Origin: Candidatus Poribacteria bacterium
GTDB taxonomy: Bacteria; Poribacteria; WGA-4E; WGA-3G
Assembly (NCBI GenBank): GCA_963663765.2
Contig: CAXXUA010000005.1
Span: 1,024,001-1,088,000 of the forward strand
DNA: 64,000 nt
Reading direction: 5' to 3'
Of the stretch, positions 41,101-53,100 are shown one piece after another (positions within the stretch are counted from its first letter, which is position 1; every line of letters starts with the position of its first letter). The notes under the pieces were generated by a model, which made no database searches, had not been told where the DNA came from, and worked only from the letters and a program-made list of their open reading frames with translations. The translations under genes and the position numbers were made by a program.

Positions 41101-44100
41101 ACGGTAGAAATATCACATCTCTAAAGTCAGGTGATTTTGAGGGACTCAGCAGTTTGGAAGAGCTGCGTCTCCATAGTAATCAACTTACGAGTCTGCCAGA
41201 AGACATCTTTAGCGGACTCACTGCACTAACAACACTCACCCTATATGGTAATCAGTTAAGCACGCTACCGCCAGGGATATTTAATGGCTTATCGTCACTG
41301 GCAACGCTCCGCTTCGCTCTCAATCAGTTGACGACGTTACCAGCGGATATTTTTTATGGACTTAATTCGTTGACAGATCTGCATATGATTGGGAATCAGT
41401 TGTCCGAATTACCGGAAGGTATCTTTGTAGGATTGACAGGACTGACAACCCTCCGTTTAGACAGCAATGCTGTTAATCCTTTACCTCTTACTGTCTCATT
41501 GGAAAAGGTTGGCAATGGGCAGTTCAAGGCAGTTGCACCCACGGGCGCACCATTTGATGTTGTGTTGCCGATCAGCGTTACCGATGGCATCATTAGCGGT
41601 AGTGCAACAACTCTTACAATACTTGCAGGCAGCGTGGAAAGCGATGTGCTTACCGTAACGCGAACCCCTGACACAACCGGTGCTGTTACCGTGAATATCG
41701 GGACATTACCGAGCCTACCATCAACTCACAGTGGATATACCCTTGTCAAATCTGCGGATTTGCCATTAAGCTACCCATTGCCAGAAATCCGTACTTTGAT
41801 AGGAAGCCGCACACAGCAGGTGCAAGATGCTATTGTCGCAGCGGTGCCGGGTGTGAGCAATGCGGTTGATGTGACCGAAGCACATCTCGCTGCGATTACC
41901 TTACTTGACTTTGGCTTCAAAAGTATCAGATCACTTACAGCTGGCGATTTTGATGGACTCACCGCACTGGAATGGCTCAACCTGCCCAACGACACCCAGT
42001 TGAGTACGTTGCCAGCGGGTATCTTTGACGATCTTACCGCTTTGACATTGCTTAACCTGTCCCGCATCCAGTTAAGTACGTTGCCAGCGGGCATCTTTGA
42101 TAAGCTCACCAATCTGAAAAGACTCTACCTAAGCAGCAACCAGCTGAGTTCATTGCCAGCGGGCATCTTTGATAAGCTCACCAATCTGACAGAGATCCAT
42201 CTGGATGGCAATCCGCTGAGTACGTTGCCGGTGGGTATCTTTAACAGACTCACCGCGCTAACGAAACTCGAACTCCACGACACCCCATTGAGTACGTTGC
42301 CAGCGGGTATCTTTAACAAGCTCAGCGATCTGACATTTCTCAATCTGCACAACAATCAGTTGAATTCATTGCCGGTGGGTATCTTTAACAGACTCACCGC
42401 ACTGACAAACCTTTATTTGTCGGACAACCCAGGTTCCCCATTTTCTCTTACGGTTATATTAGAGAAGGTGGCAAATGGGCAGTTCAAAGCAGTAGCACCC
42501 ACAGGTGCGCCGTTTGAGATTGTTCTACCACTCACCGTTACCGATGGAAGTATCAACGGAGGGACAACAACGGTCACAATACCCGCTGGCAGCGTGGAAA
42601 GCGATGTACTTAGCGTGACACGCACCCCCGGTGCAACTTATGCTACGACAGTAAATATCGGAAACCCATTACCAAGTCTACCTGCAAATCATGGCGGCTA
42701 TTCCCTTGTCAAATCCGTTGTCCTGCCGCTCGCGTTCCCAGAACTGGGTGGACAAGTATTCACCTCAGTCGGCAGTCGTACGTCACAAGTAGCAGAGGCG
42801 ATCCTCGGTGTTGTCCGTCTAAATGATCCGAACGTCTCCAGCTTCGCAGAGATCACTAATAGTCACCTTACTGGAATTACTGCCTTATATTTGAACGGTA
42901 GAAATATCACATCTCTAAAGTCAGGTGATTTTGAGGGACTCAGCAGTTTGGAAGAGCTGCGTCTCCAAAGTAATCAACTTACGAGTCTACCAGAGGATAT
43001 CTTTAGCGGACTCACTGCACTGCAAACGCTCACCCTATGGAGTAATCAGTTAACCACACTACCGCCAGGGATATTTAATGGCTTATCGTCACTGGCAACG
43101 CTCCGCTTCGGTTACAATCAGTTAACGACGTTACCAGCGGATATTTTTTACGGACTTAATTCGTTGACAGATCTGCGTATGATTGGGAATCAGTTGTCCG
43201 AATTACCGGATGGCATCTTTGCAGGACTGACAGGACTGACAAGGCTCAGTTTAGACAACAATGCGGTTGATCCTTTACTTCTTACTGTCTCATTGGAAAA
43301 GGTCAGCACGGATCAGTTCAAGGCAGTGGCACCCACTGGCGCACCGTATGAGATGGTGCTGCCTCTCGCTTTAACGAACGGTCGCGTCAGTGGTGGCGCA
43401 ACTACGAGCACGATCCCTGCAGGCAGCGTGGAAAGCGATGTGCTTACCGTAACCCGCACGCCCGATACAACTGGGACAGTCGCCGTCAATATTGGGGCAT
43501 TACCAAGTCTACCTGCAAATCATACCGGCTATTCTCTTGTCAAATCTGCTGATTTACCACTCAGCTACGCCTTGCCAGAAGTTCGTTCTTTGATAGGGAG
43601 TCGCACGCCGCAGGTGCGCGATGCTATTGTCGCAGCGGTGCCGGGTGTGAATTCTGCTGCAGATGTGACCGCAGCACACCTTGCAGCGATTAGGATTCTA
43701 ACTTTATCAAATCAGTCAATTATCTCTCTGAAAGATGGTGATTTTGATGGTCTCACTACACTAAAAGAGCTCTTACTGCATGAAAACAGCATCATAGATA
43801 TATCGCCACTTGCGGGTTTGACATCTCTGACAAATCTCGATTTAGCCTTTAACGACATCACAGATCTATCGCCACTTGCGGGTTTGACATCACTGACAAG
43901 GTTCTCTCTGCAAGCTAACAGTAGCATCATAGATCTATCGCCACTTGCGGGTTTGACATCACTGACAACGCTCGATCTGTCCGATAACAGCCTTACAGAT
44001 ATATCGGCACTTGCGGGATTGACCGCACTGACAACGCTTGAGCTAGACAGAAACAGCCTTACAGATATATCGGCACTTGCGGGATTGACCGCACTGACAA

Positions 44101-47100
44101 CGCTTGAGCTAAACAGTAACAACCTCACTGATATATCACCACTTGCAAGTTTGACCGCATTGACATGGCTCAGATTGGCCGATAACAGCATCATCGATTA
44201 CGGACCGCTCCGTAGACTCATAGCAGTCATTAAGGCAGCTGGTAGAAGTTTAAACCTTGATATTACAATTCCAAGCCTACTCGCTGGACACACGCCTGCT
44301 GTGCGTGATGCTATAGTTGCAGCGGTACCGGGCGTGAACAATGCAGCTGATGTGACCAAATCACATCTCGCAGCGATTACGAACCTGAATCTGCAAAGCA
44401 AGTCTATCACATCTCTAAAGTCAGGTGATTTTGCTGGACTCACCGCATTAGAAGAACTTCTTCTATATAGTAATCAGATAAGTTCATTACCTGAAGACAT
44501 TTTTGACGGACTGTCCGCACTGAGAACGCTTAATTTGTTTAATAACCGACTCAGTAGTCTCCCCGATGGACTTCTTGAAGGGCTTACATCACTGACAACG
44601 CTCCGTTTAAATGGTAACGCGGTTAATCCTATACCCCTTATCGTGACACTGAGAATGGTGGCGGAAGGACAATTCAAAGCAGTCGCCCCAAAGGGGGCAC
44701 CCTTTGATATTGTGGTACCGATCAGTGTTTCCAATGGTAGCCTAAGCGGCGGGGCAACGAGTGTCACCATCCCTACAGGCAGTGTGGAAAGCGATGTGAT
44801 TACCGTGACACGCACACCCGGTGTGACATTTGCGGTGAGTGTGGATATTGGAACGTTGCCGGGGATACCTACTGATCATTACGGTTATAGCCTTGTCAAA
44901 TCGGCAAATCTGCCTATAGAGCTTATCAGTGAGGTTATCCCCATTGTTCTCGTAGACAAGGGTGTCTGTAAGGTCGGTGACATTCTGACAATTGGTGAAA
45001 GCTGCACTTACCCGGACACAGATGCGGTTTTCTCTGTGATCGCTGATGGTAGGTCTCAATGGAACATTCCAGGATTACCGGATTGGCTTGCGACGTTTGT
45101 CAATAGAATATCTATTAATGATTCAATGAGTATCACTTCAACTGTCAACGGTAAGACCTACCGATTCGAGGCGAGAGCCGTTGAGAACGATTCTTGGCAG
45201 ATAGACCAGATCGGAGATAGAACGCGAGAATCAATAGCCTCAGGTATCAATATTCCTGATGCCAATTTGCGTACCAAAATAGAAGCTGCGCTGAGTAAAT
45301 CATCGGGTGACACAATTACCATTACAGAGATGGAAACGTTAACATCGCTCAATGGACAGGATTCCTCTATTAGTGATCTAACAGGTCTTGAGACGGCTAC
45401 AAACCTCACTACTTTGAAACTCGGTGACAATACTATTTCAGATATATCAGTACTCAGAAGCTTGACGAAACTAACAGAGTTGCAGCTATGGGATAACCGA
45501 ATCTCTAATCTATCCGATTTATCAGGATTGACAAATCTGACGAAGTTATACTTGTGGGGGAATAGTATTTCGGATATTTCACATTTATCCAGATTGACAA
45601 GTCTTACACATCTGCGCCTCGGTGAAAACAACATCTCAAATATATCAACTGTGTCAAACTTAACGAACCTAACGCAGCTATATCTGAATGAGAACACTAT
45701 AACAGATATTTCTGCGGTTGCAGGCTTAACGAACTTAACAGAACTCGTCATCGGCAGTAACACAATAGCAGATATAACAGCTGTTCAGAACCTAACGAAC
45801 CTTGAATGGTTAGATATGCCGAACAACGAAATATCCGATATATCCGCAGTTCAAAATCTAACGTCACTGGTAGAGTTATATTTTGCAAATAATGCTGTCT
45901 CCGATGTATCTCCGTTATTGTCAAACACGGGGTTTGACGCAAATACAGAGATTGATATTACCGGTAATCCATTAAGTTATCCATCAATCTATTCACACAT
46001 ACCCGCGCTGCAGGCGAAAAATGTATATGTAGACTTTGACAACCGAGTGGCGACCGTACCAGTGAAAATGTCGGGCGATACACAACAAGACAACACCAAT
46101 GCCACGCTTGCACAACCGTTTATTGTTGAAGTGAAAGATTCGAGTAGTGTCGTTTTTGCGGGAGTGCCTGTCACTTTTGCTATTACGGCAGGTGGTGGCA
46201 CACTCAGTGCAACAAACACCACAACCGATGTGAACGGTAGAGCACAAAGCACATTGACACTTGGCGATACCGCTGGCATAAATACCGTTAGCGTTAGTGT
46301 GCCGGGTGTCACGCAGACGATTACATTTACTGCGACCGCTACTTCACAACAAGTGACAGGCATTAACATCCCCGATGGCAAACTACGTGCTAAAATAGCA
46401 TCCGCACTCGGCAAAACATCCGGTGAACCAATAACTGCTACGGAGATGGCGACGTTAACATCGCTCAACGGACAAGATTCGTCAATCAGCGATTTGACAG
46501 GACTTGAGACCGCAACAAACCTGACAACACTCAAACTTGGAGACAACACAATATCTAACATCTCCGCAATATCCGGATTGACGAACCTCACGGAGTTGCA
46601 GTTATGGGATAACCGAATCTCTAATCTATCCGACTTATCAGGATTGACTAATCTGACAAAGTTATACTTGTGGGGGAATAGCATTTCTGACATATCTCAC
46701 TTATCAGGATTGACAAGCCTCACACATCTGCGTCTCGGTGAGAACAACATCTCAAATATATCTACTGTTTCAAACTTAACAAACCTAACGCAGCTGTATC
46801 TGAATGAGAACAGTATAACCGATATTTCAGCGGTAGCAGGATTAACAAACCTCACAGAACTACGAATCGGCGACAACACTATATCGGATATAACACCTGT
46901 TCAGAATCTAACAAACCTTGAATGGTTAGATATACCGAATAACAGCATTTCGGATATATCCGCAGTCCAAAATCTAACGTCACTGACAGAGTTGTATTTT
47001 GCAAATAATGCTGTCTCCGATCTATCTCCTTTAGTGTCAAACACGGGGTTTGACGCAAATACAGAGATTGATAGTACCGGTAATCCATTAAGTTATCCAT

Positions 47101-50100
47101 CAATTTATACACACATACCCGCGCTACAAGCGAAGGATGTGTATATTGACTTTGACAACCGAGTGGCGACCGTACCTGTGAAAATATCGGGCGATACACA
47201 ATCGGGGGAAACCGGTGCAACACTTACACAGCCATTTATCATTGAAGTGAAAGATTCGGGTAGTGTCGTTTTTGCGGGAGTGCCTGTAACGTTTGCTATT
47301 ACGGCAGGCGGTGGCACACTTAGTGCAACAAACACCACAACCGATATAAAAGGAAGAGCACAAACCACATTGACACTTGGAGATACCGATGGCACAAATA
47401 CCATTAGTGTCAGTGTGCCGGGTGTCACGCAGACGATTACATTTACTGCGACAGCAACCGCACCGGTAGTTGTTTACATTACCCCTGTTGGTGACCGAAC
47501 ATCACAAGTAGCACAAGCAATCCTCGGTGTCGTCCGTTTAGACTATCCGACCGTCTCCAACTACGCGGAGATTACTGCTACACACATTGCTTCACCAACA
47601 ACGTTATATCTGAATAACAAAAATATTACTATTCTGAAATCAGGTGATTTTGATGGACTTACCGGCTTAGAAGACCTCCGTCTTAATAATAATCAATTAA
47701 CTTCTCTACCTTCAGATATTTTTTCTGGACTAACCGCACTGATAAATCTCAATCTGTTTAACAACAAGTTGAGTAGCCTACCTGATGGCATATTTGAAGG
47801 ATTGACATCGCTGACAAAAATCCGGTTGGCACGCAATACAGTTGATCCACTTCCAGTTACCGTATCATTGGAAAAAGTTGCAGAAGGTCAATTCAAAGCG
47901 GTTGCACCCACGGGTGCCCCGTTTACTATTGTGTTGCCGATTAACGTTGCTAACGGAAGTATCACGGGGAGTGCAACAACGCTCACAATTCCGCAAGGTA
48001 GTTTGGAAAGCGATATCCTCAACGTAACACGCACCTCAGGTACAACGGCTAATGTTACCGTTGATATTGGAACGTTGCCGAGTCTACCGCGCAACCACTT
48101 CGGGTACACGCTTGCTAAATCTGATGACCTACCGTTGGCAGTTATCACAAGTGTCAACACTGCCCCTGTATTTACGGACGGCACATCTGTCACCCGCACC
48201 GTAGCAGAAAATACCGCTGCAGCCGTGAATATCGGCACACCGATCGCTGCTACGGATGCAAATAACGATACCTTGACTTACACACTCAGCGGTACGGATG
48301 CGAGTGCGTTTGATATTGATAGTACCACTGGACAACTGAAAACGAAGGCAACTCTTGACTATGAAACAAAGTCCACATATACGCTAACAATCACCGTTTC
48401 GGATGGCAGTCTCACGGATACAATCACGGTTACTATCAACATCACCGACATAGACGAAGCTGTAGTAGTTGATCCACCAACGACAAACGTCGCTCCTACA
48501 TTTACAGATGGTGAAAGCACGACACGCATTATATTAGAAAACACACCAGCAAACACAAACATCGGAAATCCTGTGAACGCAACGGACGAAAATAACGATA
48601 CGTTGACATACGCCGTCGGTGGTGTTGATGCCGCCTCGTTTGATATTGATAGCACAACAGGTCAGCTCAAAACAAAAGCATCGCTTGACTATGAAACCAA
48701 ACGCGTCTATTCAGTTACCATCACCGCCGCCGATGATGAACTTTCGGATGCGATCACAGTGATTATCAGCATCATTGACGTAAACGATACTGTTGTAAGT
48801 GTCGGATTTGTGCCGGTTGCGAATCGCACGTCACAGGTGCGAGATGCAATCGTTGCTGCCGTACTGAACGTGACAGATGCTGCATCTGTTACCGAATCAC
48901 AGGTCGCTGCTATTACAAGTCTCAATCTACGCAGTATGGGTATTTCATCGCTCAAAACAGGTGATTTCTCTGGGATGACAGCACTGACAACGCTAAATCT
49001 GTTTAGAAACCAACTCTCCGAACTGCCACCAGGGATATTTGATGGATTAACAGCATTGACAAATCTGCGATTAGGTGGCAACGTTGTTGACCCGCTTCCG
49101 ATTATCGTGTCACTACAAAGTGTCGGTTCAGGCGAGTTCAAGGCAGTGATTACGACAGGGGCACCGTTTAGTATGGTGTTGCCGATCACTGCCACGGACG
49201 GGAGTATTAGTGGCGGCATAACGAGTGTTACGATTCCACAAGGTAGTTCAGAAAGCGCGTCCTTTACGGTTATCGGCACTTCCGCTAAAGTGTCTTTCGG
49301 ATCTTTACCTGGATTGCCAAGTAATCATTTCGGTTATACGTTCGCACAATCCACTGTATGTAACCGCACAACTGAAGTGGCAGATGCTATCGCGAAAGCG
49401 ATAGGTGTTAGCGATTGCAGCGATGTGACAGAGGTTGACCTCGCTACGATTACACGACTTGACTTGTCAGGTGCATCCATTACAACCTTGCAGACTGGCG
49501 ACTTTGATGGTATGGTTTCTCTACAAACGCTCTACCTGGAGAACAACGAACTCACCAGTCTACCAAACGGCATTTTTAACGACTTGGTATCAATGACTTT
49601 CTTATCACTAAATGAAAACAAGCTGACGACTTTGCCAAGTGCTATCTTTAGCAAATTAACCTCACTAACACACCTTGATATATTTGATAACGATTTGAGT
49701 TCGTTACCGAACGGTGTTTTTACTGGATTGTCCGCCCTCAGTTCATTATCTCTGAAAGATAACGAACTGGTATACCTACCGGGCACTATATTCAGTGGAT
49801 TGTCATCTCTAACTTCACTTTCGTTATCAAACAACAAACTGACATCAATAACAGACGGGATTTTTGATGGTCTAACGCAGCTAAGTCAGCTCCATCTGAG
49901 TTTGAACCCAAATGCAAATACACTGTTGTCGTTAAGAGTATCGCTTCAGAAGGTAGGAACGAACAGTCTTAAAGCTGTTGTCCCCAGTGGGGCACCATTT
50001 ACGATGACAATCCCGGTCAAGATCACGAATGGCGTTTTAGAAGATGGGGCAACGACAATCACGATTCCGATAGGCACGGTTGAAAGCCAACCTTTGACAA

Positions 50101-53100
50101 TCACGCGCACGGCAGGTGCCGTCGCTGCTGTTACAGCGGATATCGGTACTGTATTACCGCGTCTACCCTCAAATCACAACGGATATGCTCTTGTCAGATC
50201 ACGCACCTTGCCGTTAGAAGTGCTGCCCTCGCTGAACTCACCACCAGTGTTCACAGAAGGCACAAGCACAACCCGCACAATCTCGGAGAATACAGCAACA
50301 GGCATAAATATCGGTGATGCTATTACCGCCACCGATGTTAATACAGCTGACACCCTGACATATACGTTGAGCGGGACGGATGCAGCAGCGTTTGATATTA
50401 ATAGCACAACTGGACAACTCACAACAAAGGTAGCTCTTGACTATGAAACTAAAAACGCTTATTCGGTTACGCTAACCGTTTCTGATAGTATTGCAACGGA
50501 TACGATTGGCGTTACAATCAATATCTCTAATGTCAACGAACCACCTGTATTTGCTACAGGCAGTCCAACAACGCATACTGTGGCAGAGAATACAGCGTCG
50601 GGTGAAAATATCGGCACAGCATACAGTGCTACCGATGTGGATGGCGACACGTTAACCTACACTCTCGGTGGGACCGATGCCAACGTCTTTAGTATTGAAA
50701 GAACCACTGGACAGTTGAAAACGCGTTCGGCACTCGACTACGAAACAAAACCCACCTATACCCTAACGATTACTGTCTCTGATGGTAGCCTCACCGATAC
50801 AATTACTGTCACTATCAACGTCACCGATGTGGACGATACCCCAACGTTAAACGTCTCAACTGCGGCACCGTTGACAGAAGCGACACTGCATGGCAGCGTT
50901 GTCACACTCACGCTCAGCAAGGGCATCTATCACACTAACTGGAATTATGTCAATAGGAATGTGGAGGTATCAGGTATTACTGGGGTAACAATTAGATCAC
51001 AGAGTTTGGATCGCGTCAGTGACACGAAGGCTACAGTTGAACTTGAGTTTAACGGCGACATCACCACCGATGGCACCCTGACTTTCACTGTGGGTGCAGG
51101 TGCCCTCGCCAACTACACGGGTTCTGCTCTTACCGCACAAATAAGCGTCAGCAGTATCACAGAACCTCCCACATCACTAAATGTCACAGCTGCTGCTCCT
51201 TTGACAGAGGCAACACTCAATGAGAGCGTTGTCACCCTCACGCTTAGTGGTGCTACTTATCACATCAACTGGAATTATGTCAATAGGAATGTGGCGGTAT
51301 CAGGTATTACCGGGGTAACAATTAGATCGCAGAGTTTGGACCGCGTCAGTGATACGAAGGCTACAGTTGAACTTGAGTTTAACGGCGACTTCGACACCGA
51401 TGGCACCCTGACCTTCACTGTGGGTGCAGCTGCACTCGCCAACTACACTGGTCCTGCTCTTACCGCACAAATAAGCGTCAGCAGTATCACAGAACCTCCC
51501 ACATCACTAAATGTCACAGCTGCTGCTCCTTTGACAGAGGCAACACTCAATGAGAGCGTTGTCACCCTCACGCTTAGTGGTGCTACTTATCACATCAACT
51601 GGAATTATGTCAATAGGAATGTGGCGGTATCAGGTATTACCGGGGTAACAATTAGATCGCAGAGTTTGGACCGCGTCAGTGATACGAAAGCCACAGTTGA
51701 ACTTGAGTTTAACGGCGACATCACCACCGATGGTATCCTGACCTTCACTGTGGGTGCAGCTGCACTCGCTAACTATAATGGTCCTGCTCTTACCGCACAA
51801 ATAAGCGTCAGCAGTATCACAGAATCTCCCACATCACTAACTACCTCCACGGCATCCCCGTTAACAGAGGCGACGTTACATGGGGGTATCATCACACTCA
51901 ACCTCAACGGTCTCACTTTTGATCACTCCAAATTCACAATCAGAGATGCAATAACACTATCCGGCATTTCTGACGTTACCGTAGACACGTTTGATGTGGA
52001 TCGGGTGAGTGATACGCAAGCCACCTTTGAACTGACATTTGATGGTAATATGACAAGTGACAGCATCCTGACCATCTCTTTGGGGGCAAATGCGATTAAT
52101 GACTATGATGGTGATGCTTTAACTTCACAAATGTCTGTCACTGCTGTTACGGAGTCAATAACCACATCAACCACATCACCATTGACAAAGGCAGCCTTAG
52201 ATGAGAGCGTTGTCACACTCACGCTCAGTGGTAGGAAATTTGAAGCATACAATTCAGTGATTAGACCAGCTGTGTCTGTCTCTGGCATATCAGGTGTTAC
52301 CGTTGGCACATACGACATAGATCGCAAAAGCGATACGGAAATCACCGTTGAATTGACGTTTGATGGAGACATCACCACAGACGGCACACTCACCTTTACC
52401 GTCGGTGCGAATGCGATCGTAGGTTACAATGGTCCCGCACTTACTGTGCAAGTCTCTGTGTCTGCTGGCACGGAAACACCCGTAGACCCTATAACACCTG
52501 TCCAACCGAGCACACCGACGTTGAGTATTTCAACGGCAAACCCACTCACAGAGGCAACATTGCATGGGGGTATCATCACATTCAACCTCAGCGGTGGCAC
52601 ATTTGAAAGGTCAATTTTCACAATCAAAGAGGCGATGACGCTTACTGGCATTTCTGGTGTTACCGTAGGCACATTCGGTGCGGATCGTGTCAGTGATACG
52701 CAAGTCACTGTTGAACTTGCATTTAATGGGAATATGACAACGGATAGCACACTCACAATTTCTGTAGGAGCAGGTGCGATTAAGGATTATGATGGTACTA
52801 CATTTACTGCACAAATACCAGTCACAGCCAACACTGAGTCCGTAGTCGCTTCAACCGCTGCGCCGTTGACAGAGACAACGTTAGATGAGAGCGTTGTCAC
52901 GCTCACACTCAGCGGTGCCAAATACGCCAGTTCTATTTTTGACATTAGAGGTGCGGTAACTGTCTCTGGCATATCAGGTGTAACATTCCCTTTCCACCAA
53001 CCAGACCGAGAAAGTGATACTAAAATTACGATTGAACTGGAATTTGATGGTGATATGACAAGTGATGGCACCCTCACCTTTACCGTCGGTGCGGGTGCTA

